Source: Basidiobolus meristosporus CBS 931.73 (Eukaryota; Fungi; Basidiobolomycota). Taken from it: a stretch of 64,000 nucleotides of DNA. The notes below the pieces were generated by a model. It searched no databases. It was not told the DNA's origin and worked only from the letters and a program-made list of their open reading frames with translations. The stretch lies in contig MCFE01000196.1 in assembly GCA_002104905.1 (NCBI GenBank), forward strand, positions 62,001-126,000, in the 5' to 3' direction. Both the position numbers and the translations under genes were made by a program. Positions 12,763-25,852 of this stretch are shown piece after piece (within the stretch, counting starts at the first letter, position 1; every line of letters begins with the position of its first letter).

Positions 12763-15690
12763 TGTCATGATCATGTGAAATCCCTGGTCTCTGAAGTTCA
12801 AGCTAAATCAAGTTGCTGGAGAAGTCCCTATTCCTTCTAGAGAGTTCTACTACATTCTATCAATTTCTAGAAAACTCCAAGTCAACATTACTCAATGAAA
12901 CATTCAATAGAAGCTCCCCTTTGGGGTTAATGTAGCCAATTACCATGTATGGTAATTACATGCCACAAAGCTGTTCACATGATCAGCTGACCATTGACAT
13001 ATCTCCATGTGATATTCTAGTCTGTACTTTGGTATAGTTTCACCTTGGCACACTTATGGTGCCTCACCCCAGAACCCTGTCAGTATCAGCTAATATCTCT
13101 TGGCATCCATATTGCTAAAAAATATATATAGTCTTATCCCCCCCTTATGCATTCCTCAGCTTGACTAACACAGGTCTTAAATAAACAGCCTTGCCTTGGA
13201 GATCCACCTTGCCTTGTTGATCAACACCTAAGTCCTTTCCTGGTCCTGCCTTGCCTTGCTCTACTTTCCTGCCTTGTCTCTATTTGTAATAGTTTTATCA
13301 GACTAATCTTGACTTAGCTGTGGATCTCTGCCTTCTACCCAAAGTTCATGAGAAGAACTTATAAAGGTATACCTACTGTGAGTATCACTGCAAATCTGTT
13401 GCTACTCATATCCTCTAAAGGCAAAGATACTTTATCTTGTTAAGATTATTGCCCAAAGCTGCATTTTCTTTATTACCCCGCAGGTGTAGCTTATAGTTAT
13501 TGCAGTATTGGAAGCTTGAGTACAATATTCTATCAAAGAATGTTAAAGTCAGTACCTTCTGAAGTGACACTAACCTATTCAAAGTTGGGGATTGTGGCTC
13601 AATAGCTTTATTGTTGAGAAACTAGTGGCTCTATAACCCACATATTAGGTAGTAGTATCCAGTATTCCTGAACAAGCTCAAGAAACCTCTCCACCTCCTG
13701 CCATCCCAACATATTCAGTCCAGAGTACAACCTTGCAAGTGTCATGGCTGCCTTTGGCTAGCTGCAACAAGACAATTCAGATCTCAGGAACACTGTTGCT
13801 CAGCTTCAGAGCCAAAATACTCAACAGCCTATCATACTCCCTCCTACCAGGATTACAAGAGCACTTCCATTACCAGTTACCAACATAGTCAAACACCACT
13901 TGTTGCTACAGCCCAATTGGTCCCAACAGATCAAGCAAAAGTTGATTATATCTCTAACTTGCTCACTGGAACTGCCCAGAAATGGTTCTCCCCTTTGGTG
14001 GAAACCTCTACTCAGTGACTACCATGCCTTCCTCACAGAAATAGAGCTAACATTTGGCAACATTGACAAAGCCAGACCTGCTACCAACAAGACCAAGAAC
14101 TTGAAGCAAGGAAACACATCCACATCTGCCTATGCTTCTGAATTCCAGCTACTAGCCAGCAACTTGTGCCTTTGGGGTGATGCTGCCCTAACTTGTCAGT
14201 TTCAAGATGGACTCAATGATGAACTCAGTGACCATTACTCACACTCTCTGACCCAAATAGCTTGGGTGAGGTTATTAATATAGCAATCCAATGTTAGAAT
14301 TTCCTTTTCCAGATGAAACAAAAGTTCCAAAATACTTATCAGCCAACCTCCTTCTCAGTAGTTTAATCACCCAGTACTAAGCCTGATGATCCTATGCAAA
14401 TTGACAGTGCCAAATGCAAGAAAGTTACAAAAAAGAGTAAGATCCAAACATCAACAGGCAAAGCTCTGCCTTTACTGTGGCCAACCGGACCACTTTGCCA
14501 AGTCTTGTCCCAACAAGAAGTGCAGCTTCAAGCTCTTGCAATCATCCAGTGAACAGTCTTCTCCAGAGTTGTTGGAAAACTATAGTGCTCCGTTACAATG
14601 ACAGGCTTGCAGCTGGACCCTCCAATAAAACATCATACACTACCAAGTCCATCCAGTCCTTAAGAATGCCTGTCAACATTCATATCTCTGAATCCAGTCC
14701 TGTCCATGCCCTTGCCCTCATAGATCCTCCTGCTTCCTCCTGTTTCATTGACCAGTCCTTTGTCCAGAAGCATAAAATCCCCAATATCTTGAAATCATGT
14801 CCTGTCCAAGTAGAAGTTATTAACGGAAGATCCCTTTCCTCTGGTGCTGTTACCCATGAGACACATCTACTCTGGCTGTCCAGTATTGTTCACCATGAGA
14901 CAATAGCCTTCAACATTATTGACTCTCACCACTACCCCATAGTCCTTGGAAGCTCATGGATTAGTCACTATAACTCAACTAAGAGCCATTGCCTGGAATA
15001 GGAAACAGCTTGATTCCTTTGATTCTATTAAGAAACCCTTCTTGTGCACCCACTTCTTGCCCACCCTGACCTTGAGAGACCTTTCAACATAGAAGCCAAT
15101 GCCTCTGACTTTACCCTTTGTGCCATCCTTTTGCAGTATGATGACAAGAATGTGCTGCATCCTATTGAATTCTACTCTCAAAAATTGACTCCAGCTAAAG
15201 TAAACTATGATATCTATGACAAGGCACTACCTGAAATCATTATTGCCTTTGAGAAATAGAGACACAACCTTGATGGTGCAGCCCAAAAGATAAAGATTTT
15301 CTGTGACAACAAGAACCTTGAGTACTTTACCAACCCAAAAGCGTTGAACCAGAGACAAGCCAGAAGGTCACACTTCCTGTCTAGCTTTGACTTTGTCATC
15401 ACCTATAGACCAGGTGTGTAATATCACCATGTGATGTTCTAGTCTGTTCTTTAGTATATTTCTATCTTGGCACACTTACTGTGCCTCACCCCAGAATCCC
15501 ATCAGTATTAGCCAATATCTCATGGCATCCATATTGCCAAAATGTGTATATAGTCTTATCCCCCCTTATGAAATGCTCAGTCTGATAAACACAGGTCTTG
15601 AATAAACCTGCCTTGCCTTGTAAATCCACCTTACCTTGTTGATCCACACCTAAGACCTTTCCTGATCCTGCCTTGTGTCTATTCAACACA
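12763..15690 (+). mobile_element. Ty3/Gypsy element family B, internally deleted (no RT, no integrase)
   Basis: 5' LTR 12763-13291; gag (WWKPLLSDY...LKQG...SAYASEFQLLA...QFQDGL) with knuckle CLYCGQPDHFAKSC; protease (ALIDPPASSCFID...IVLGSSWI); joined directly to RNase H (PFNIEANASDF...IYDKAL); partial 3' LTR ~15421-15690; TSD TGGAG/CAGAG. Confidence 0.85.
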
Positions 15691-15884
15691 CAGAGATCAA
15701 GATGTCTGATCTAGGAGAACTCAATTACTACTTAAGGATAAAGCGCTCCATATACAGAAGTACCCAGACTATATCTCATGCTAGTCCAAGTGTACTCAGT
15801 ATACACCAAGGAAGAACTAAATGGAAGGCTGTAGACTTGAAGCTATCTCATTGGAGACAAAACTTTACTTTGTCAAGACCCAAC

Positions 15885-16098
15885 CAAATCAAGGGAGCTT
15901 AGTGCCATCTGAAAGCCAAGAGTTTCCTTACCAATCAATGTTTAGCAGTCTAATATATCTCATGCTTAGAATATATTTGGATGTTACAAGTCAAATCAAG
16001 GGAGCATAGTGCCATCTAAAAACCAAGAGTTTCCTTACTAATCAATGTTTGGCAGTCTAATATATCTCATGCTTAGAATATGTTTGGATGTTACAAGT
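15885..16098 (+). repeat. 107-bp tandem duplication spanning the Copia/LTR-A junction
   Basis: Units start CAAATCAAGGGAGC at 15885 and 15992; each ends in TGGATGTTACAAGT. Confidence 0.85.
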
Positions 16099-16457
16099 CT
16101 TGATAAAAGAGTTGTAGAGGAATAGGGAGTTTAGCTAGTATTGTATTCACTAAAACTTGAACTGATCATTATTGAGGGTCCAACAGCTCCTTATATATGT
16201 TATGCCAGAGCAATTGCTGACTAATTGTATTTCCTAATGTGGGTCGCGGCAGATGATTCATTTGATGGCATCATCATCACCCAATTATATGATATTTAAT
16301 ATGTCTATTTCTGTATGATCAGGATCTGCTGATTTTTCTGCTGACTAATACTACTGATCTGATAGCTAAAACTGATATATTGATAGGCTAAACATAAAAT
16401 TAACAGATTTCATTAAAAACTTATCCAACTTAAACATTCAGGCAGTATATTGTAACA
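16089..16457 (-). repeat. Solo LTR of family A
   Basis: Perfect inverted termini TGTTACA...TGTAACA; flanks TGGA/CAGA inside the Copia RT coding region (C-P-D-I codons). Confidence 0.85.
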
Positions 16458-17088
16458 CAGATATCTCACATTCAGTGGGAGTTGTCAGCCTACATAATCA
16501 GAGCTTTGTATCTGATCATATTACAGCAGTGAGGCAATTTTTAGATACCAAAAAGTAACATCCCACATCTGCTGAAAGTACACCTATAGGATTCTAGAAA
16601 AGGATCTTGTGGGATGTTCTGATGCTGACTGGGGACAAAATTCAGAAGACATCACATCATCATAGGATATTTCTTTCTTTACTATTAAGGAGCAGTTACA
16701 GGAAATTCAACAAAGCAATTGACTGTATCACTTTCTACCATTGAGGCAGAGTATATGACAGCCTGTAAAGCTACAAAAGAAGCAATGTGGCTAAGAAAGC
16801 CTTTTAAAGACTTAGACTCATGTTAATATATGCCTGGTACTTTGTTTCAAGATAATCAGGGATGTGTAAACTTATGTAGAGAATTAACTTTTTATGTTCA
16901 AACAAGGCATAGTGATATTAGACATCAGTTTATACATGAAGCTCTAGAGAATAACTTAGTTAAGTGAGTGTACTGTCTCACAGATGACATGATTACTGAC
17001 ATATTTATTAAGCCATTAGCCAGAGACAAATTTCAAAATCCTAGGTCACAATTAGGACCTGTAAGTACAAGCATTTAGTTGAGTGGAG

Positions 17089-17433
17089 TGTTGTAAAGAT
17101 TTATACATCCACCTAGATATTCACCTTACTTATTCACTTAGATCATTACCTACAGATCTTATAGAATACTGACCAGACTCCTTGTTGGGATTTATTGGAC
17201 TTTTTTTGACAAAATGCTAGGTAACCAGAACATAAAAATTCTCAAAGTTGTCCAAACAGCCCAAACTTTGTGCACTTGTTCTTGGACCTTCCTAAGCATA
17301 TTCTGCATACTTGCAATGCCATGTCCATGTGAAAATATAATACTACTTTTACATTCATTGAAGCATTAAGTGAAAACACCACAGTCTACTTGTGCTCCCA
17401 ATTTCTTCCAATTTCTCCAAGACTCTTACAACA
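17089..17433 (+). repeat. 3' LTR, Copia family C
   Basis: TGTTGTAA...TTACAACA termini; preceded by a PPT; colinear with 28827-29175. Confidence 0.85.
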
Positions 17434-18050
17434 TTACCAAGTTGCAAATGGGGCATTTCAAGATAAATCAGCCCTATGAGATACCTTAAAATTAGAAGAA
17501 CTTGCAAGGTATCACAGAGTATCAGCTGTCCAAAGTACTTCTTACTATCTTTAATTTATAATTCTATACATATGCAATAATACAAATTTAAGGACAGGAT
17601 GAACTGGGTATTTTTTGTTCAAGTGGCCTTCTGAAGCAGCATCTATCCAGGGAACATTGGAAACATTGGGAGCCATATGTCAACATTGTTGGAATACTCA
17701 TCCAGAAGTGGTTCACCAATACCCTATGAAAAGTTATTGTGACAATCCTGTCAAAAGGCTATCCCAGATTCCAAGTCCTGTGACTGAGAGGTATTAATTC
17801 CGTCAGGACACAATGCAAAGACTGTCAAAAGTCATTGCATCCCATAATATCATAAAAAACTTGATCAAACATTTTCATTACAATAATACAAAGTGGCTTT
17901 TGATTGGTTCACTGCCAATTCTGTCACTTTCTGATATTGGCCACTCTATTACCACTTACATTTGTGTTTATTGATTGGCTATTTCCTCCTTTTCCAATCC
18001 TTACTACCTGACCCAACCATTTCTCTTATATTTCCTGCATACAAATTGAT

Positions 18051-19930
18051 TCACTTCTGCAGAGACTTCAGTTTTACCACAATTACCAGTTTTATTGACA
18101 TATACAAGCCCCTATGCCCTACACTAACACCAAGCCCAACCCCACACTCAACAAGTAACTTCATTAGAGTCCACCACTTAATAGGTATCGCTGCTGTTAC
18201 ATACTGTTTCCACAACATTGGCAGGAACTCTACAGCTTTATGCCATTGTTTATTCACTGGTTCCCATATATCCTGGTCTTCAGCCAGCACTGCAAGGTCT
18301 AACTCCTCATCTTCTAGTCTTTGCAAAGAGTTCTTGCAATATTCAAGTGCATTTTCTTGAGCACTGCTCACAAAGAACTGCAGCAACCTCTTGGTGTGCT
18401 TATTAATGCTCTAAGGCTCCACCAAAGGCATTGTGACCACATTTTGAGCTCTTGATGTTGCTACTCTGTCTGTCAGTAACATCTCCATTCTATCAACAAC
18501 AGAGGATGTGGAGGCTGTGGTAGACAGATTGTCTTTGTTTGCAGACTTATCTACCTCACTGGAGTGTAACTCAACTAACTGGGCTTCCCACTCTTGTGAA
18601 ATCAGCTATTTTCTTGCTGGCAATTCTTCTTGGCTATGTAGGGATTCAGTCTGTTCTGGGCTTACAGCATTAATTGGCAAGAACTTCAGCTTTTTTCTTA
18701 CACTTCCCTGTTCCCTTTACCTTTTCTTTTATAACTGCTAGGTATTACACTGCTACTTTGTCTTAGTGCTTCAAGTATTCAACTACATTTTCTCCTTGTT
18801 TAAAGCTGCTCTGATGCATCTATTTTGGCCTGCCTGTCCCTTGCTGGCACTCTGCAGGCAACATGGCACTTCTTTCTTGCTTATTTCAGACTCTCAGCCC
18901 ATGCTGTGATGGGCTCCTGAGGTAGCCACTTGTTTTTATCACTGCCAGGTCCTTCACTGCTACCTTGACGGAGTGATTCTTGAGTAGAACTACGCTTTTT
19001 CCTTGGTAAATGTTGTGCTAGTGCATCTGTGTCTGCCAGATTTTCCCTTATTGGCATTCCTCCAGCTACCTGGTGCCTCTTTGCTGCTTGTTTGGAGCAT
19101 TTGGCCCAACAGGTGATGGGCTCTGGAGGAAGCTGCTGGTTATTAGCCATTGCACCCTTGTTCTTCTGCCTTTGCTAGTGTCTGCTATTCTTGAGATACT
19201 TATTTACCATATCAATGCTGACCCAAAAACCATTTGCTTGTTTGAATCCAGGATAATGCTCCTGAAGCAAATCAAGTGCGTTCTACTTGACCTTGAGCTG
19301 CTAATGGTCAAATGGTATGCTGGCCTTAGAGTGTTGGTGCGCTAGGCCTCTAATGGCCTCTGGAATATTAGCCCACTCTCCACCAATATGCTCAATACTT
19401 TACAGATCTTCAATGTCTTTTGATTATTAGGCTTTGGTATAAACACTACATTTTCTTCCTCCTGTGCTGTGATAGGTTTTTCTGTGGGCTTTATCATTGG
19501 GCACTGTTTCTGTGCCTCAATGACTGTACAGTGCTCCTTGGCTGCTACATTGAAAATGGCTCAATTAGTGGCAATTTCATTCAGCTACTTAAGTTCCTTC
19601 TTTGCAGCAAAGATACTGCTTTTTTTACCTGGGGTATTAATTGCTTTACACCTGTTATCCACTCATCCTGCTTTGGGACTATTTGCTGATTTCTCTGGGC
19701 CATTGCATCTATTCTATCAGCAACTGAACCTAGTTACCTCATTAATGCTTTGGTTTGAGCTGACAACATACTTTCTGATACAGGTGGTGGTGATGTTATG
19801 ACAGCCACTGGCTTATCTTCAACTGAAGGTTCTGCTTTTGCAACATTCTCATCTGCCTCAGCAATATGGTCAGCCTGCAGCTCTGCAGAGATTCACAATT
19901 GCCTACTTGACTGAGAGCCTGAAGAGTTTA
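18051..19930 (-). pseudogene. Decayed long ORF of unclassified family Y, possibly a DNA-transposon accessory protein
   Basis: Protein-like frames broken by TAA/TAG/TGA: coiled-coil-like SAQTKALMR*LGSVADRIDAM, then LDLLQEHYPGFKQANGFWVSIDMVNKYLKNSRH. It lies divergent to the CACTA-like fragment; a second copy is at 1320-2130. Confidence 0.4.
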
Positions 19931-20315
19931 CATTATTCCCTTTGGTGGGACACTCTCCACAGGGCCTTTTTTAGCTGTAGCCCTGCTTGTTACACTGAAT
20001 GTCAAAGCTAGCTGTTGTCCAGCCATTCTTCTGCTGCTGTTGGGAGTGGGGTTTGGATGGGAACCAGTTAGCTTTGCTTTTTCTTGGTAGTATATATATG
20101 GAAGTGAGTCAAACCAGAGGGGAAATGGTGCTACATATACATGTGTATGTGGTGCCACAACTTTATTTATAATACTCACTGTGATGGGTCATCATTGAAT
20201 CTGAAATTCATGTAGGTGCAATATCTCAAATACATGACTGTCTTAAGTTCACATGAGTATTGACATAAAAGTAATATAAAAGCATAATGTTGCTGAGTGC
20301 CAAACTATTTGCCCC

Positions 20316-21144
20316 ATGGACAAGTCTACTTTGATTCAACACCATAAAAGAAATGAAAAAGACCATGTGTCTATTGCAGTAAGCCTCTTGGCCATAAAGC
20401 ACAAAGACAGCATAGGAAGTATTACAAGGCTTGTGGCCAGTGTTTTGCCACACAAGTCAGATTTGACCATTCAGCAGTCACTATTGTACCAGCAATATCA
20501 TGCCAGCCACTTGATACTTCTATAATGGCATCTGGCTGTACTTGTCACATTGCACAAACTGAGTCAGGAGAGTTTTTGATGCATTTAGGCCAACCAAAGC
20601 CTTCTCAATATGGCACACAGAGTTATAGCTCTGAAGAAGCAGGCTCAAGGATTAATTATGAGCCTATTGTCCCTAACAACAGTACTCATCATGAGCCTAG
20701 CAAAATCCCATTATACAATAAGACAACTCCCATGGAAAAATACACCAAGGATACTTTATGGAGTCAAGTGAGCCCAGAAATCCATCTACTGGTGGATGAT
20801 ATGATTTTGTGGCTAGAGAAGTGGCACATTTCCCCTTATATCAGTAATGGGGGAATTGAGGATCTACTGCTAGTTCTTGCCAAAATTATCCCATGATGCA
20901 ACTTATAATGACATGGCATAAATGGAAAACTGTCAAATGGCTGGCAACAAATGACCCAGAGACCATCATGATATCAGCATGTGTTAACAGTTGCATGGCA
21001 TTCACATCAGAAAATGCCACCATTGCAGGTGTTCAACTTGTGAGGAATCCACCAATATTGGGGGAAAATATTGTTCACACTCAGGATATATTCCAGTAGT
21101 ACTCCATATAAAGAAGCTAATGCAGTCCAAAAAATACTGTGAAG
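20316..21144 (+). mobile_element. CACTA/EnSpm-like transposase N-terminal fragment, truncated by the Gypsy E LTR
   Basis: Across a frameshift it reads ISACVNSCMAFTSENAT...CSTCEE...YIPVVLHIKKLM, resembling the C-x3-C-x-x-F...C-x2-C...Y-x-P motif preceding the Tnp2 catalytic domain. No TIR found. Confidence 0.55.
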
Positions 21145-22006
21145 TATTGTGTTGTATTATGATTAGTTTGTGGCTTGTTCTTCAATGTAGAGGCTAATCA
21201 ACAATATACAACAACTTCCATTATACTAATATTGAAATAGTTTATTGGAAGTTTGATATACCAATAGAAGATATAACTTTCACTAATTTTCTCAATCTTA
21301 GGCTCAAAGTATACTGTAGGCAGTGTTTATCACTTCTACATCAATGTTCTGACCTTCTGTTGACTAATTGGCTTATTTACTTCGATAGTAACTTTTCCTT
21401 ATTTGGAAGTCACTTTCCTTTTTGAGAAAATATTTCCTAATATGGAAACTCTGAACTCCCCTTTATGGTTATGAATCAATAAATCTGTAATCTATAGCTG
21501 CTAAGACAGGTGGCCTTGATAATGACTCAAGCAATGTCAACATAGCATTTGCCTGTTCTTCATGCCATTCAAATTTCTGGTTTTTCTGTAATAACTGAGT
21601 CAGTGGCTTAGCAATTTGAGCATAGTTGTTGATCCAGATTCTGAATAGACCAGTAAGTCCTAATAATTGTCTGACTTGATGAATATTCCTTGGTGGCTTC
21701 CAATTTAGTGCCAATGAAAGTTTTGCAGGATCAGGCAATCTCCCTTTTTTGGTAACAAGTTCACCTAGAATGATTGCTTTGTTGGAGCCAAACTTGCATT
21801 TGGCTCCGGATACAGTCAGACCAGAAGCTTGAAGTTTTTTCATGGCCCTTTCAGTAGTGCATATGTGATCATAAACATAACTTCTTACTTGAGGTAAGAT
21901 ATGCAATGTATCTTTTTCTCTGGACATATTCTTAACTGCAATGTCATCAAGAAATGGTCGGCATATTTCAGGGAAACAGTCATCCAAAACTCATATCATT
22001 GCACAT

Positions 22007-22810
22007 TGTGGTGGTGTAGAGGTACTCCTGGGAGAAGCTACACAACTCAAGGTGTGTGAGATGTCTGATGGGTGCAATAACCTCTGTGTCTAAACTACTG
22101 ATGTCTTTGTCAATATGTCACTATGGTTAAAGCTCCTGCTTCTCTAGCTTCCTAGGTGCTCCAAGTGTCTCCAAAGGCCTCTGTGAGTCTTGTGCACAAC
22201 CCTGAAAAGCTTCTTGATGGCAGGTCTGAGTTGTACTGTTGAAGGCAGGTGCAGTGATCAACTGCTAATCAATAAGGTAGAAGTGTTACTGATATAAGGG
22301 ATGATTTATTGATGAGGGATTGCTTTCCCTTAAATACTTTTCCTGATTGCCAAGTGATTACTAATGACAAGGTTCTAGAAGATTCTAGGCATCAGTGGAA
22401 TTCTTGATGACATCACTATGAGCTAAAAATATGCCAAGAATGTCCTGGAAGGTTCTAAAGGGCACAGCACATCCAACCAATCATGAATCAGTAGTCTGAA
22501 ACCTGTGCAACATAGAAATACCATATATGGTATTGGAATGGTAGGGATGGTAACACAGACCTAGGTCATGTGTCACAGGTACTGACATGGGTACTTGCCG
22601 TATGTAGATACATACACTGATCACAAAGCTGAATAACATCTGGGATAACTAATGCTAATAACTAATCAGGGTAAACATCATATGGGGATAATACTGTTAA
22701 TATGGGCAAAAGAAGAATGGGATAATACTGATAAGATAATATATGGATAAGTATATCATAATGACTATATGATTAAACTTGTCTGTGGGAGGTATGTTTA
22801 CCCTACCACA
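22007..22810. repeat. Solo LTR family F (804 bp) inserted in Gypsy E RT
   Basis: TGTGGTGG...CTACCACA termini; 4-bp TSD ACAT; removing it restores QNSQCAM in the RT frame. Confidence 0.85.
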
Positions 22811-25800
22811 ACATTGAGAATTTTGGACAGAGTTTGTCCATCCTTGAGAAATTCTTGTCATCCTTATGAGTCCTATTGGTGTATCCATAGCCGTGAAATT
22901 TCTTGAGGTAGGATCCAGAAGTATTTGGTCATATCCTGAATAAAGATCCAATGTTGTAATCAGAGGATATCCAGTAAATGACTCAATATACTCATGTTGT
23001 ATTAGTGGTTGCATAGCATCTTTGATGGTGACCTTATTCAAATGCTGTATGTCTTGTATAAACCATAGACTTCCATTTTTCTTCAATGGTGTAAACCAGG
23101 GATTGCAATAGGGTCCATAGCTATATTCAATGACTCCACTTTGAAATCTTGATTGTAGCATTTCAATTACTTTGTTCAGTAATCTTGAGGGAATAGGATA
23201 TGATCTCAGTGCCCATGGTGTATGTTCAACGGTATGGATCTTAACCGGTGGAAATAGCTCTGTGGATAGACATCCTCTTTGTGCATCATTAAATGCAAAG
23301 ACATTGTCATAGCATTGTAGCATAGTCAAGAGACTTTTCTCCTCAGTGGAAAGAGTAGTCCCAATAGCCAACTCCTTGAGCTTCTCTTCTGTGAGTCTGA
23401 TTTTGTCATATTTGTGCAAAGGCTCCATTTGAGGATTGTCATGGGCAGATGGTGAGATTCCAGTAGATACTGGCTTTGCTTTCAATGCAACTGGCTTATA
23501 CTTGGTATTTGTCTTACTTGTGGTACATGGAATGAAGTGTTGATCATAAAACAGAATATCCTTATGAACCTGTATGTTTTGTACTGGAATGGAGTCTGCA
23601 TTTCTTGGATTATTCTTTTCTGCTGCACAAAAGGTTGCCCTTCTTTTTCAATTGTCAGATGTGATTGTCAGCCATAAGCTTCCATCAGGTCTATTATCAG
23701 CTTGTAGAAGAGATTTTGACTCATATGGTTGTCCCAACAATACCTCAAAAGTGGGTCTATTGGCAACAATGAAAAAGGGAGAAGTAACCCTGATTCCTCC
23801 AATTTCAGTTGGTACAGAGTGACAAAGTCCAAGCATCTTCTCAGTTGCACCTGTAGCAGTTCTCATATTCCAGTCAACTTCTGTCAATGGCAATTTGACT
23901 TTTTCAAAAGTCATAGTGGTGATAGCATTGATTTCTGATCCAGTATCAAAAACATATTCCACTTCAACATTGTTGATTGTAGCAGCATAGCTTCCTGTTG
24001 TAATAGAGTAAAAGGCTTTTTCCACTTCAAATTGTAGTTGTTCACTTGATGGCGTAGTTGATGACTGTTATTGATAATTCTTCAGGATATCTTTGTTCAT
24101 AGGCTTAACCATTTCTGGTAGTAGTTGACTGCAATTGTTGATGGCAGTGAACATTTCCTGATTTGTAAGTTGTGGAAATGGAGATTTCCAGAATTTGTCA
24201 ATAACTTTCTGTGTAATTGCAGTAGTGTCATACTTAGATTGAGATTGCAAGTGTTCTTTTTGGATTTTTGATGTTTCTGGCTGTACTGGGATTTCAACAA
24301 TTGGCTGATTTCTTTTGTTGGTACACACTTTTTTAGGATTGGTCTCTGTAGAAGCATTCTTTCTCTTAACAATAAGGCTATTAAGCTCTTCAACTTCCTC
24401 TTTTTCCATTAGATATTCTTGGACCTGCCCTGATGGAACTGATATTGTGAGTACGTAACTTTCATTGCTTGGAATTTCTGCAGTCTTTTGGATTTGTATG
24501 AAATTTGATGTCTTGGTGCTTTTACTTGATTCTTCTTGAGCAAGTACATAGGACCTCATTCCACTATATCCTCTGTTGATAGGCAAGGGGTTTCCAGCAA
24601 TATCACAGATCTTCCCATAACAATCAATCATAACCTTATGACTGTCAATATCAATATTCAATATTTGACAACCATAACGGCTATGCTCAGCAGATTCACA
24701 GTACACACAATATTTGGTTTGCTGTGGATAATTACTGGTTGTTTTGGGATTTTCTGGTCTTGCCTTGTTGATGCTTGATGATGCTACACTTTGAGAGTCC
24801 AACTTAAGCATCAGTTTTCCTAATGCATCAATTAATTCATTAACCTGATCACTTTGTGGGCTACTTGTACAATGAAGAATTTGTTTAGCTGGAGCGGAAA
24901 TCTTCATTTGAATATGAATGGAATCCATGACTTGTCTCCCTGATTGATAGTTTAACACCATTTGTTTAACATTGTCGTAGGAGCTTGTAGCCTGAACTTG
25001 GTGGCTAATGGCATTACGTATCACAGGAGTTATATTCATCAGAAAATAGCTTCTTTGATAAAATCTTGGAATTCCAATAGCTGCTTCAACATGCCTTCCT
25101 TTTGACTCATACTTTTGAATGTACTTCTGCAAGGGTTGGGTCTTGTCATAAGGCATTTCTAGCTCATTTGGTGTAACAAACTGTGCTTTCTTTTGGTACT
25201 CAGCTAAAATAGCTTGTTGAGCAGTGTCCCAGTTATAGTTAGCGCCAACAGATATCTTAAATGGATCCAAACTTTGTAAGAGTCTTGATACCTCAACTTC
25301 ACAGAGAAAGGGAAATAACTGGATTTTGTTCTTGTGTGATAGCTCAAATGCTGCAGCTATACGTTAAACTCTTCTAGAAACTCAGTAACACTCTCAGGAG
25401 AGAATGTTACTGGAATGGCACCTTTAAAAGTGGCTATTAACACTGGGAGTGGTGTATTGGTCATTCTTGTAACATTTCTTGATGCTTGTATAGTGAAAGG
25501 TTCACACTACCCAGGTCCTCCACCAAATTCTTGTTATGTTGTATTATGATTAGTTTGAGGCTTGATCTACAATGTAGAGGCTAATCAACAATATACAACA
25601 ACTTCCATTATACTAATACTGAAATAGTTTATTGGGAGTTTGATATACCAATAGAAGATATAACTTTCACTAATTTTCTCAATCTTAGGCTCAAAGTATA
25701 CTGTAGGCAGTGTTTATCACTTCTACATCAATGTTCTGACCTTCTGTTGACTAATTGGCTTATTTACTTTGATAGTAACTTTTCCTTATTTGGAAGTCAC

Positions 25801-25852
25801 TTCCTTTTTTGAGAAAATATTTCCTAATATGGAAACTCTGAACTCCCCTTTA

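Larger units (their letters stand above)
9956..17433 (+). mobile_element. Decayed Copia family C copy hosting nested insertions (LTR B solo, Gypsy B, LTR A solo)
   Basis: Segments 9956-10069, 10578-12762, 15691-16088 and 16458-17088 follow in order the gag-end/PR/IN/RT/RH of the element at 33828-38365 (e.g. LALYVDDL at ~12680). It ends in PPT GAGTGGAG and 3' LTR 17089-17433. Confidence 0.8.
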
